Positions 29,805 through 39,448 of a stretch of DNA of 64,000 nt are shown piece by piece. The position numbers and the translations under genes were made by a program. Every line of letters begins with the position of its first letter. Within the stretch, counting starts at the first letter, position 1. The notes under the pieces were generated by a model. That model was not told where the DNA came from and made no database searches. It saw only the letters and a program-made list of their open reading frames with translations. Source of the DNA: Pseudomonadota bacterium (GTDB taxonomy: Bacteria; Pseudomonadota; Gammaproteobacteria; Xanthomonadales; Rhodanobacteraceae); assembly GCA_029561145.1 (NCBI GenBank), contig JAKQJM010000115.1, positions 2,162-66,161 on the forward strand, read 5' to 3'.

Positions 29805-30749
29805 TCAGCCCAGGGCGATCGACATGCGCACGAGCCGCTGGCGTTGTTCGATGCGCTTGCGTTCGGCCAGCGCCGCATCGCAGCGCACGAAGCGCAATGC
29901 ATCGCCGGGGCGCAACTGGGCGAGTCGCGGCAGATCCGCACGGATGGCGTGAGCGATGCGCGGATAGCCGCCGTGCGTCTGTGCGTCGGCGAGCAGCAGG
30001 ATCGGCTGGCCATCCGCCGGCAGTTGCAGCGTGCCGGGCATGACCGGCTCGGAAATCCGTTCCTGCGGATCGGCGATCGTCAAGCCGGGCCCCTGCAGGC
30101 GAAGGCCCTGCCGATTGCTTGCGGCGCTCACTTTCCAGGCGGTGGCGAACAGGGCGTGGTCATCGGTGATCGCATCGTGGCCGGGCAGCAGATGCACGAT
30201 GGCAGGTCGCGCGAGATCAAGGTCCGGCGCTGGATCGACCCAGCGAGCATCGATGACCGGCTCGCTGCAATCGGGTCGAAATCCATCGGCAACGACGAGG
30301 CGGTCGCCAGCGCTCAGCGGACGACCCGCTACTCCGCCGAAAGCCGCGCGCAGATCGGTACTCCTGCTGCCGAGCAGCGGTTCGCAATCCAGGCCACCCG
30401 CAATGGCCAGGTAGGCTCGCGCACCAAGCCGGCACGCGCCAAGCTGCAACACGCTGCCGGCGGGCAGGTCGACACGACGCCAGCACGGGATCGCCAGGCC
30501 ATCGACGTCGGCATCGATCTGGGCGCCGCAGATCGCCACGCGCGCCGCATGCTCGAAATGCAGGCGCGGGCCGGTCAGCGTGATCTCGATCGCGGCGAGA
30601 CCCGTCGCATTGCCGACCAGTCGATTGGCGATCGAATACGAGTAGGCGTCCAGCGCGCCGCTGCGGCCGACGCCAAGGTGTCGCCAGGCCTGGCGTCCGT
30701 CGTCCTGCACGCTGCTGAGCAATCCCGGCGAGATGACCAGCACGCTCAT
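29805..30749 (-). CDS. pxpC: 5-oxoprolinase subunit C
   Basis: SVQDDGR, GARAYLAIAGG, LGSRST, SNRQGLRL, DAQTHGGYP. Confidence 0.95.
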   Translation of the reverse strand: MSVLVISPGLLSSVQDDGRQAWRHLGVGRSGALDAYSYSIANRLVGNATGLAAIEITLTGPRLHFEHAARVAICGAQIDADVDGLAIPCWRRVDLPAGSVLQLGACRLGARAYLAIAGGLDCEPLLGSRSTDLRAAFGGVAGRPLSAGDRLVVADGFRPDCSEPVIDARWVDPAPDLDLARPAIVHLLPGHDAITDDHALFATAWKVSAASNRQGLRLQGPGLTIADPQERISEPVMPGTLQLPADGQPILLLADAQTHGGYPRIAHAIRADLPRLAQLRPGDALRFVRCDAALAERKRIEQRQRLVRMSIALG

Positions 30750-31441
30750 GCGTTCGGACCGGCGGAGCGGCTGGCGTCGACGAAGCGTACGAGGTCGCCT
30801 GGTTCGAGCAGGGTGACGGGTGTGCGCGCCGCATCGAACAAGAGGGCGTCAGTGCGCCCGATGATCTGCCAGCCACCGGGGCCACTGCGTGGATAGATGC
30901 CGGTCTGTGCGCCTGCAATGCCGACGCTGCCGGCGTGAACCTCGATGCGCGGCGTTGCGCGTCTCGGCATCGCGATGCTGGCGTCCATGCCGATCAGGTA
31001 CGGGAAACCCGCGGCAAACCCGAGCATGCCGACGCGATACTCGGCCGACGCATGGCGCTGGACCACCTGTTCCGGGCTCAGGCCGGCGTGCGCGGCAACG
31101 GCGTCGAGATCAGGACCGTAATCACCGCCGTAGCGGACGCGGATTTGATGGGATCCCACGGCAGGCAGATGGCCGTCAGCGATCGCATCGAAGTCGCGCG
31201 TGGCGAGCCAGCCGCGCACCGCGCCAAGCGGGTCGGCGACGTCGCTCATGGCATCGAGATCGACACAGACCGCCAGTGTGGCAAAGGCCGGAACGACATC
31301 GAGCAGCCATGCGGGGCGCTCGCGTCGCAGCAACGCGGCGCAGGCATGCACGTGCTGATTGATCGTCGCATCGATTGCGCTGCCGAAGCGCAACAGCAGG
31401 GCATCCTCGCCGAGCGGCTCCACGGTAAACAGCCGGCTCAC
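30746..31441 (-). CDS. pxpB: 5-oxoprolinase subunit B
   Basis: PLGEDALL, YGPDL, GFAAGFPYL, GIYPRSGPGGWQIIGRT. Confidence 0.95.
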   Translation of the reverse strand: MSRLFTVEPLGEDALLLRFGSAIDATINQHVHACAALLRRERPAWLLDVVPAFATLAVCVDLDAMSDVADPLGAVRGWLATRDFDAIADGHLPAVGSHQIRVRYGGDYGPDLDAVAAHAGLSPEQVVQRHASAEYRVGMLGFAAGFPYLIGMDASIAMPRRATPRIEVHAGSVGIAGAQTGIYPRSGPGGWQIIGRTDALLFDAARTPVTLLEPGDLVRFVDASRSAGPNA

Positions 31442-31854
31442 CCGCGCAGCAATCCCTGCAGCAGGGCGATCCGCTCGATCAGTGCTTCGGGAGCATACGG
31501 ATCTGCCTCGACCCGGCCCCAGACCGGCGCCGGCCAGGCCGGATCTTCCTCGAAGCGGGCAATGACGTGCACGTGCAGCTGCGGCACGACATTGCCAAGC
31601 GCGGCCACATTGAGCTTGTGCGGGCGGAAGGCATCGCGCAGCAGGCGCGCGCTGCGATCGGTTTCATCGCTGAGCTGGTGGCGTTGCTGCGGATCGAGGT
31701 CGATCAGGTCGCGCGCCCCGACCACGCGTGGCACGAGGATCAGCCACGGATAGTTCGCGTCGTCCATCAGGCGCAATTCGCACAACGCGAACCGGGCGAG
31801 TGGATGCGTGTCCGCGGCAAGTCGTGCATCGAGTTCGAAATGCATGGCCTTCAT
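31438..31854 (-). CDS. HIT-family hydrolase
   Basis: LMDDANYPWLILVP, KLNVAALGNVVPQLHVHVIAR; ATGA overlaps on both sides. Confidence 0.9.
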   Translation of the reverse strand: MKAMHFELDARLAADTHPLARFALCELRLMDDANYPWLILVPRVVGARDLIDLDPQQRHQLSDETDRSARLLRDAFRPHKLNVAALGNVVPQLHVHVIARFEEDPAWPAPVWGRVEADPYAPEALIERIALLQGLLRG

Positions 31855-32522
31855 GGCACGGTCGCCAGGTGCCGGGCGAAGAATGCCAGGGTGCGCTGCC
31901 GGGCGAGCGCGGCACTGTCGGGATCGAAATCCGCGCGCTGATCGCAGTTGAAACCGTGACCCGCCGGATAGACGTGGATCTCGGCAGCGGGCAGTGACTG
32001 GCGATGACGTTCGATCGCCGCGGTGGGAATCGACGCATCGTTGGCCCCGAAATGGAACTGCAGCGGGGCCGAAAAGACCTCGTGCAGCCAGGCGACATTG
32101 CGTGCGCCATAGTAGCTGACCGCGGGAAGTCCGAGCCGGCTCGCCGCGAGCATCGCGATCGTGCCGCCCCAGCAATAGCCGACCACGCCGATTTTCCCTG
32201 CCGAGCGGATCGCATCGGCCGCACTGCCCACATCAAGCATGACTGCGTCGATGTCGAGTTCGCCGATCAGGCTGCGGCCTCGCGCCACGCCCTCCGCATC
32301 GTAGGCGAGCTCGATGTCGCTCTCGACATGATCGAAGAGCGCCGGCGCGATCGCCGCATAGCCTTCGAGGGCAAGGCCGTCGACGATATCGCGGATGTGC
32401 GCATTGACTCCGAAGATTTCCTGGACAACGACGATGCCGCCCTTCGGCTTGCCTGCCGGCAACGCCTGGTAGGCGCCGATGCATTGCATGCCGCTGCCGC
32501 TAATGCGCAATGCTTCGCCCAT
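31851..32522 (-). CDS. Dienelactone hydrolase-family protein
   Basis: QEIFGVN, GYCWGG nucleophile, HGFNCD. Confidence 0.92.
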   Translation of the reverse strand: MGEALRISGSGMQCIGAYQALPAGKPKGGIVVVQEIFGVNAHIRDIVDGLALEGYAAIAPALFDHVESDIELAYDAEGVARGRSLIGELDIDAVMLDVGSAADAIRSAGKIGVVGYCWGGTIAMLAASRLGLPAVSYYGARNVAWLHEVFSAPLQFHFGANDASIPTAAIERHRQSLPAAEIHVYPAGHGFNCDQRADFDPDSAALARQRTLAFFARHLATVP

Positions 32523-34674
32523 CGGCACTCTCCTTGGCGAGCGACATCGACGGCGCATAGACGGCCACGCGGTTGCGCCCGGCGGCTTTCGCCGCATACA
32601 TCGCGCGGTCGCCGGCATCGAGCAGGGCATCGACGCCCGGTTCGGCGACTTCGCCGAGATCGGACAGGCGTGCAAGTCCGATGCTGACGGTTACCGCGAT
32701 GCCGCGATTGTCGATCGTCGACAGCGAATCCTGCACGCTCCTGCGTATGGATTCGGCAATCACTTCGGCGCCACGCGCGCGCTCGTCCTCGAGCACGACG
32801 ACGAATTCCTCGCCGCCGAAACGTCCGAGCAGGTCCGCTGTGGCGAGACGTTGCCGGATCGCGGCCACGCCTGCCAGCAGGACGCGATCGCCGAACAGGT
32901 GACCGAGCCGGTCATTGATCTGCTTGAAACAATCGAAATCGATCAGCAGGACAGCGAGCATCCTGTTCCCGCCTGGATTCGGCTGCATGCGACGGGCGAT
33001 CTGCTCGCGCAGGTGCGATCGATTGAATACACCGGTCAGCGGATCACTGATTGCCGCCATGTAGAGTTCCGCCGCGCGTTCCTCCAGGCGGCCATTGGCA
33101 TCGGCGAGCGCCTTGCCCTTCTCGTCGATCTCGACGTTCTTGGCACGCAGCGCGCGATTGAGCCGGTTGACGCCGACGAAGCGCCAGAATGTGAGCAGCA
33201 GGCCGACACCGAGGCCGAGCATGACGACCTGGCCGAGTTGTGCCTGCACTTCCTGCTTGTCCAGTCGTACGGCCTGCAGCTCGTTGTCCTTCTGCAACAG
33301 GGCAAGGTCCTTGTCGGCTTCGGCGCGGGCATGACGCACCTGCAGTTCACCGAGCTGGCGACTTGCCCGCGTGCCAAGCAGCAGTTCGCGCTGTTCGGCG
33401 TGCCGACGCAGGAAGCGCAGCGCCGACTCGAGGTCGTGATCGGCGAGCGCCATTTTCTCGCGCAATGCATAGGCGTGCAGCAATTGCGGACGAAGTCGGG
33501 CCGTTTCGAGTCCCGCGATCGCTTCATCGATCATGCCGCGGGCCTGCAGCGCATGTCCCTCGGCCTGGTTGATCTCGGCCAGATGCAGCAGCGCGCGTGC
33601 GACGATCTCGTGTTGCCCGAGTTCGCGTCCGGCCTCGAGTGCAGACTCGAACAGGGCCGCGGCTTCATCGTTTTTTCCGAGACCGAAGTGCGCACGCCCG
33701 GACTCGAGTCGCTCGAAGGCCTGGTTGGAACGGTTGCCCAATGCCTGGTCGATTGCCAATGCTTCGCTCGCGGCGGCCAGCGCCGGGCCGTAGTCGCCCA
33801 CATCATTGAGCAGGCTCGCGTAGCTGCCGAGCACGGGCGCATAGGTTTCGGGATTGGCCTCTGCGTCGACGCTCGCAAGCGCGCGTTCGAAATAGTGGCG
33901 GGCGTTCCCTTCATCCTCGATCTCGCGATAGAGCAGGGCGATGTTGCGCAAGCTGGTTTCGAGGTGATCGCCGATCCGCTCGCGGATCGCGAGGGCTTCC
34001 AGTTGCAGTTCCAGGGCGTGCGCGAAATCACCACGATCCCGCAAGACCGTGCCGAAGTTGCCCAGCATCAAGGCGAGCCGGAATTCGTTGCCACCGTTGC
34101 GCAGCAGGGCAATCGCCTTCTCGTAGTGCCCCAGCGCGGTGTCCAGATCGCCGCCCCGGCGTGCCACGACACCGAGATAGCCGTAGGCAGACGATTCGAG
34201 TTCGCTGGAGTTCGCCTTGCGCGCGGTATCGAGGAGGGTTTCAGCGAGCCGGCGCGCCGCCTGGTAGTCGCCGAGCAGCAGGGACATTTCAGCCTGGCGC
34301 TCGAGGGCGAGCATCTGCATCTGCACGTCGCCAGTGACGCCCGCCAGCTGCTGCACGTCGTGCCAGGCGTCCCGTGTCGGCGCGACGGCATGCAGGCAGC
34401 CCATCAGCTGCGCTTCGAACACCGCCGCTTCGAGTTCGCCGCGCACGCCACCGATGCTGCCGACCAGCTGGCGCGGGACGACCAGGGCCGCATGTGCCGA
34501 CGTCGCCAGCTTCTGCGTGCTTGCCAGCGCCCTGGCGCGCTCGCTGACCGAGTCGGCTGTCGATGTGGCTGCCTGCGAGATGACCGGACTCAGCACGGCG
34601 ACCAGCAGGACGCCGAGTCCGCTCCTGGCTCGTCGTCTTGCGTGTGCTGGAGTACTGGCTGGATTGCGCGGCAT
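32500..34674 (-). CDS. Membrane diguanylate cyclase with extracytoplasmic TPR domain
   Basis: N-terminal hydrophobic segment, TPR-like helices, one TM, DPLTG...DFDCFKQIND...RFGGEEF; start uncertain. Confidence 0.88.
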   Translation of the reverse strand: MPRNPASTPAHARRRARSGLGVLLVAVLSPVISQAATSTADSVSERARALASTQKLATSAHAALVVPRQLVGSIGGVRGELEAAVFEAQLMGCLHAVAPTRDAWHDVQQLAGVTGDVQMQMLALERQAEMSLLLGDYQAARRLAETLLDTARKANSSELESSAYGYLGVVARRGGDLDTALGHYEKAIALLRNGGNEFRLALMLGNFGTVLRDRGDFAHALELQLEALAIRERIGDHLETSLRNIALLYREIEDEGNARHYFERALASVDAEANPETYAPVLGSYASLLNDVGDYGPALAAASEALAIDQALGNRSNQAFERLESGRAHFGLGKNDEAAALFESALEAGRELGQHEIVARALLHLAEINQAEGHALQARGMIDEAIAGLETARLRPQLLHAYALREKMALADHDLESALRFLRRHAEQRELLLGTRASRQLGELQVRHARAEADKDLALLQKDNELQAVRLDKQEVQAQLGQVVMLGLGVGLLLTFWRFVGVNRLNRALRAKNVEIDEKGKALADANGRLEERAAELYMAAISDPLTGVFNRSHLREQIARRMQPNPGGNRMLAVLLIDFDCFKQINDRLGHLFGDRVLLAGVAAIRQRLATADLLGRFGGEEFVVVLEDERARGAEVIAESIRRSVQDSLSTIDNRGIAVTVSIGLARLSDLGEVAEPGVDALLDAGDRAMYAAKAAGRNRVAVYAPSMSLAKESADGRSIAH

Positions 34675-34825
34675 GGAAGTCCGACAGGAGTACGAACAGG
34701 AAACCGGTTCCACCGATCGGGCAATGATATCGCGGAATGGCATGTACTCGCGGCTTTCGTGGAGGGTCGGTATCCTGCCCGGGAGATCTCCTCGCCGTTC
34801 GAAAACACTGCCATGCGGGTTGCCC

Positions 34826-35677
34826 TTGCGTCTGGTCGTTCCCTCCATCGATTCGGTTGATCCTGGCACTTTCGAGCGGCCGCCACTGTCGGAATGGATG
34901 TCCGATTTTGCTGCATTGCTCGAGGGGCCGGACTGGCCAGCGGTCGCCGTGCTCGATCGGTTGCGTGCTGCTGCCGAGTTGGCGGACGCAGTCGTGCGGC
35001 CCGCGTTTGTCGCGCAGTCGCCCGCCCTGCTCGCGGATGGACAGCACTACGAGGAGCGCATCCGGGGCGGCCGGATCGCGACACGCGAAGGCAACTGGCA
35101 CGATCTGCTGAATGCGCTGGTCTGGTTGCGCTGGCCCCGTATAAAGCATGCGCTGAATGTCGCCCAATGCGCCGATATCGCCCGGGTCGGGCCGCGTCAG
35201 CGCACGCGCGCCCAGTGTGCGCTGACCCATTTCGACGAGGCAGGCGCCATCGTCGTCTGCAGCGATCCGGGCTTGATCGAGCTGTGGGATCGTCATGACT
35301 GGCAGTCGCTGTTCCTGGGCGAGCGCGCGGCGTGGGGATCACGCATCGCGGTTCACGTATTCGGCCACGCCCTGCTCGAACTGGCCTTGCAACCGCAACG
35401 CTACCTGGTCGCCAAGACCCTGGTATTGATGGTCGACGATGACTGGCACGCCGAAAGGGACGATCCGGATCGGTTGCGATCGGCGATCGACGCGTGCATT
35501 GCCGGTCTGATTGCCGATGCGCAGGTCCTGACTGACCCGCAACAGTTGCGACCGCTTCCGTTGTCGGGCATTCCAGGTTGGCACGCCGACTCGGGCAGTG
35601 CGTCGTTCTACGACGACGCGCCGTGCTTCAGGCCGTTGCGAGCGGGACGTCGCTATCCATCGCCGGCGAAGCTCTGA
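34826..35677 (+). CDS. DUF3025-family protein
   Basis: HYEERI..GRIATREGNWHDLLNALVWLRWP, LTHFDEAG, FGHALLE, LPLSGIPGW; TTG start inferred. Confidence 0.85.
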   Translation: MRLVVPSIDSVDPGTFERPPLSEWMSDFAALLEGPDWPAVAVLDRLRAAAELADAVVRPAFVAQSPALLADGQHYEERIRGGRIATREGNWHDLLNALVWLRWPRIKHALNVAQCADIARVGPRQRTRAQCALTHFDEAGAIVVCSDPGLIELWDRHDWQSLFLGERAAWGSRIAVHVFGHALLELALQPQRYLVAKTLVLMVDDDWHAERDDPDRLRSAIDACIAGLIADAQVLTDPQQLRPLPLSGIPGWHADSGSASFYDDAPCFRPLRAGRRYPSPAKL

Positions 35678-35886
35678 TCGACCCGCGGTGCGGGTTCGAC
35701 CGCGTCGCCGGGGAACTTTTCGCGTTCTCATGGGGTACATTGCGCGTCGCTCGCAATCCCGGCGGCCTTGCCGCGGCATGCGCACCTGGAAATCTGGTGT
35801 GCCGGGAAGCGCGACGATCAACGAATGGACAGATCCGCGATCAATCGCGGAAATGCACGCAATCGGCAACCCAGGGTGATTTGAAA

Positions 35887-36828
35887 ATGATAGAAACCCA
35901 AGCGCTTGGAAAACGCTATGGCGACCTCGTCGCCGTGGATGGCATCTCGTTCAAGGTGGAGCCGGGCCAGGTGCTCGGATTCCTTGGTCCGAACGGGGCC
36001 GGCAAGTCGACAACGATGAAGATGATCGCCGGATTCCTGTCGCCGACCTCGGGCAGTGCCCGGGTCTGCGGCTTTGATGTGGAAACCCAGTCACTCGAAG
36101 CCCGGCGCGTGGTCGGCTACCTTCCGGAGGGCGCGCCGAGCTACGGCGAAATGAGCGTGCGCCAGTTTCTCGGTTTCATAGCCGACGCGCGATCGGTGCC
36201 CGCCAATGCCCGCGCCAGGCGTCTCGATGATGCGATCGGCCGTCTCAATCTCGAAGGCGTGCTCGAGCAGCCGATCGAAACCTTGTCCAAGGGTTTCAAG
36301 CGTCGGGTCGGCCTCGCCCAGGCGATCCTGCACGATCCCAAGGTGTTGATCCTTGACGAACCGACCGACGGGCTCGACCCGAACCAGAAACACGAGGTGC
36401 GCAGCCTGATCAATGCGATGGCGCGCGACAAGACCATCATCGTCTCGACCCACGTGCTCGAGGAAGTGCATGCGGTCTGCAATCGCGCGATCGTGATCGC
36501 GCGCGGTCGCGTGCTTGCCGATGCCACGCCTGCCGAACTCGAGTCGCGTTCGCGATACCACCAGGCCGTTTCGGTCACGGCAGCCGATCCGAAGGCAGCA
36601 CGCGAGGCACTTGCCCGCGTCGCCGATGTCGCCGCGATCGAAGTCGATGCACAGGACGGGCGCATCACGGCATTTCCGAAGCCGGGCCGCAGCATCTTTG
36701 CCGCGATCAACGAGGTGTTCAGGGAACGCAATATCGTCGTTCGTGAAATGGCCCTCGAAGGCGGGCGCCTCGACGAAGTGTTCCGCACGATCACCCAGGG
36801 CAAATCGGCCACGGAGGCAAACCCATGA
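35887..36828 (+). CDS. ABC transporter ATP-binding protein (GldA-like)
   Basis: GPNGAGKST, LSKGFKRRVGLAQA, DEPTDGLDP. Confidence 0.93.
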   Translation: MIETQALGKRYGDLVAVDGISFKVEPGQVLGFLGPNGAGKSTTMKMIAGFLSPTSGSARVCGFDVETQSLEARRVVGYLPEGAPSYGEMSVRQFLGFIADARSVPANARARRLDDAIGRLNLEGVLEQPIETLSKGFKRRVGLAQAILHDPKVLILDEPTDGLDPNQKHEVRSLINAMARDKTIIVSTHVLEEVHAVCNRAIVIARGRVLADATPAELESRSRYHQAVSVTAADPKAAREALARVADVAAIEVDAQDGRITAFPKPGRSIFAAINEVFRERNIVVREMALEGGRLDEVFRTITQGKSATEANP

Positions 36829-37559
36829 GCATGATCTCGACCGTTTTCCGGCGCGAGCTGCGCAGCTATTTCGCGACGCCGGTGGCTTATGTGTTCATCG
36901 TGATCTTCCTGGTCCTGTCAAGCGCATTCACGTTCTATCTCGGCAATTTCTACGAACGCGGACAGGCCGACCTGCTGCCGTTCTTCAGCTTCCTGCCGTG
37001 GCTGTACCTGTTCCTCGTGCCGGCCGTGTCGATGCGACTGTGGTCGGAAGAGCGCAAGAGCGGCACGATCGAATTGCTGCTGACCCTGCCGATCACGATG
37101 TGGCAAGCGGTCATGGGCAAGTTCCTCGCGGCCTGGGCCTTCATCGGCATCGCGCTCACCCTGACCTTCCCGCTGTGGATCACGGTCAACGTGCTCGGTG
37201 ATCCCGACAACGGCGTGATCCTCGCCAGCTATGTCGGCGCGCTGCTGATGGCCGGGGCATTCCTCGCGATCGGCTCGTGCATCTCCGCGGCCACGCGCAA
37301 CCAGGTCGTTGCCTTCATCCTTACCGTGGTGGCCTGCTTCGTCCTGGTCATGGCGGGTTTTCCGCTGGTCCTCGACGGATTCCGTTCGTGGGCGCCGCAA
37401 GGACTGGTCGACGCGATCGCCGGGCTGAGCTTCCTGACCCATTTCGCATCGATCAGCAAGGGCGTCATCGACCTGCGTGATCTTCTCTATTTCGTGTTGA
37501 TGATCGGCTTCTGGCTGTACGCGAGTGCCATCGTGATCGACCTCAAGAAAGCCGACTGA
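36825..37559 (+). CDS. ABC-2 permease (GldF-like)
   Basis: RELRSYFATPVAY, MRLWSEERKSGTIELLLT, GVIDLRD. Confidence 0.92.
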   Translation: MSMISTVFRRELRSYFATPVAYVFIVIFLVLSSAFTFYLGNFYERGQADLLPFFSFLPWLYLFLVPAVSMRLWSEERKSGTIELLLTLPITMWQAVMGKFLAAWAFIGIALTLTFPLWITVNVLGDPDNGVILASYVGALLMAGAFLAIGSCISAATRNQVVAFILTVVACFVLVMAGFPLVLDGFRSWAPQGLVDAIAGLSFLTHFASISKGVIDLRDLLYFVLMIGFWLYASAIVIDLKKAD

Positions 37560-37572
37560 GGAAGCAGAACCC

Positions 37573-39432
37573 ATGACATCCCATCGCAAGACCCTGTCCG
37601 GCGGCGCCCTGATCGTCCTGATCATTCTCTTCGTCGCGCTCATGCTGGTCGTCAACGTGCTGTTCCGCGGCGCCCGCGTCGATCTCACCGAGAACAACCT
37701 CTACACGCTTTCTCCGGGCAGCAAGGAAATTCTTTCGAAGCTCGAGGAGCCGGTCAACCTCTACCTGTTCTATTCCGACAAGGGCACGCAGAACCTGCCG
37801 CAGTTGCGCACCTACGCGACCCGCGTGCGCGAACTGCTCGAGGAAATGGCGGCACGCTCCCGCGGCCAGATCAAGCTCGAGGTGATCGACCCGTTGCCGT
37901 TTTCCGAGGACGAGGACCGCGCAACGGCTTACGGGCTGCAGGCCGTGCCGGTCAGCAATGCCGGCGAGACCATCTTCCTCGGGCTCGCCGGCACCAATTC
38001 GACCAATGGCCAATCGGTGATTCCGTTCTTCCAGCCGGACAAGGAATCGTTTCTCGAATACGACATCGCCAAGCTCATCCATGAGCTGGCGACGCCGAAG
38101 AAGCCGGTGATCGGGCTGGTCTCTAATTTGCCGATCGGCGCCGGTTTCGATCCGGCGACCCGCCAGATGCGCGATCCGTGGGCGATCCAGCAGCAGTTGT
38201 CGCAGTCCTTCGACGTGCGCGAGCTCAATCCCGGCGGGATCAAGAGCATTGATGCCGACATCAAGGTGCTTGTCCTCGTTCATCCGAAGAACCTGTCGGA
38301 CGAGGCGCAGTACGCGATCGATCAGTTCGTCCTGCGTGGCGGGCACCTGTTGGTCTTCGTCGATCCGAACGCCGAGCTCGATACCTCGGGTGCCGATCCG
38401 GAGAATCCGCAGGCGGCGATGTTCGCCGATCATTCCTCGGACCTGCCGAAACTGTTCAAGGCCTGGGGCATCGAATACGACCCGAAGAGCGTTGTCCTCG
38501 ATCGCGCGCTCGCTGTCGCGGTCAGCATGGGGCAGGGCGGTCGCAGCGTGCGCCATCCGGGCATCATCGGGCTGACCGCGGCCGAGCTGAGCCGGGACGA
38601 CGTGGTGACCGCCAATCTCGATGGGGTGAACGTGTCGAGCGCCGGTTATTTCGGCCTCGGCAAGGATTCGACGAGCAAGCTCGTGCCGCTCATGCAGAGT
38701 TCGGGCGACGCGATGGCGGCCGCATCCGACCGCCTCAAGATGTTGCCCGATCCAAGCGCCCTGCTGGCCGATTTCAAGCCGAGCGGGACGCGCTATGTGA
38801 TTGCCGGGCGAGTCGAGGGCAAGTTCAAGACGGCGTTCCCCGAGCGCAGCGAAGCGGGACATCTGGCCGAATCGAAGGACGATGGCCAGATCGTCATTGT
38901 TGCCGATACCGATGTCCTCGCCGATCGACTCTGGGTGCAGGTACAGGATTTCCTCGGCCAGAAACTCATGAACGCATTCGCCAACAACGGCGACCTCGTG
39001 CTCAACACGATCGACAACCTGACTGGCTCATCGGCCCTGATCTCGATCCGTGGCCGGGCGACTTCGCAACGTCCGTTCACCACGGTCGATGCACTCAAGC
39101 GCAGCGCCGACGACCGTTTCCGCGCCAAGGAACAGGAACTGCAGGGCGAGTTGCAGGAAACCGAACGCAAGCTGGCCGAACTGCAGTCCGCGAAAACGCA
39201 TGACCAGCAGATGATCCTTTCACCGGAACAGAAGTCCGAACTCGACAATTTCGTCAAGCGCAAGACCGGGATCCGCAAGGAACTGCGCGATGTGCGCCGC
39301 TCGCTCGACGCCGAGATCGAGACGCTGGGCAGTCGCCTGAAGTTCCTCAATATCGTGCTGGTGCCGTTGCTGGTGACCCTGGTCGCGGCGGGATTCGCGA
39401 TGTGGCAGGTACGTCGGCGCAAGTCGTCCTGA
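37573..39432 (+). CDS. GldG-like ABC auxiliary component (GIFT domain)
   Basis: RVDLTENNLYTLS, EYDIAKLI, IDQFVLRGG, NGDLVLNTIDNL...LISIR, C-terminal coiled coil plus TM. Confidence 0.88.
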   Translation: MTSHRKTLSGGALIVLIILFVALMLVVNVLFRGARVDLTENNLYTLSPGSKEILSKLEEPVNLYLFYSDKGTQNLPQLRTYATRVRELLEEMAARSRGQIKLEVIDPLPFSEDEDRATAYGLQAVPVSNAGETIFLGLAGTNSTNGQSVIPFFQPDKESFLEYDIAKLIHELATPKKPVIGLVSNLPIGAGFDPATRQMRDPWAIQQQLSQSFDVRELNPGGIKSIDADIKVLVLVHPKNLSDEAQYAIDQFVLRGGHLLVFVDPNAELDTSGADPENPQAAMFADHSSDLPKLFKAWGIEYDPKSVVLDRALAVAVSMGQGGRSVRHPGIIGLTAAELSRDDVVTANLDGVNVSSAGYFGLGKDSTSKLVPLMQSSGDAMAAASDRLKMLPDPSALLADFKPSGTRYVIAGRVEGKFKTAFPERSEAGHLAESKDDGQIVIVADTDVLADRLWVQVQDFLGQKLMNAFANNGDLVLNTIDNLTGSSALISIRGRATSQRPFTTVDALKRSADDRFRAKEQELQGELQETERKLAELQSAKTHDQQMILSPEQKSELDNFVKRKTGIRKELRDVRRSLDAEIETLGSRLKFLNIVLVPLLVTLVAAGFAMWQVRRRKSS

Positions 39433-39448
39433 GTCCGGAGGCAGAATC

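Noticed and set aside
1003-34860. Long antisense or alternative-frame ORFs (for example 2162-4144 minus, 18474-20510 plus, 32479-34860 plus; likewise 43113-45803 minus)
   Set aside because: They shadow well-supported genes, have Arg/Ala-rich composition without motifs, and are expected in high-GC DNA
34675-35886. RNase P RNA or other ncRNA beside the DUF3025 gene
   Set aside because: No GGAGGAAAGTCC-type rnpB signature and the intergenic gaps are too short; no riboswitch consensus recognised
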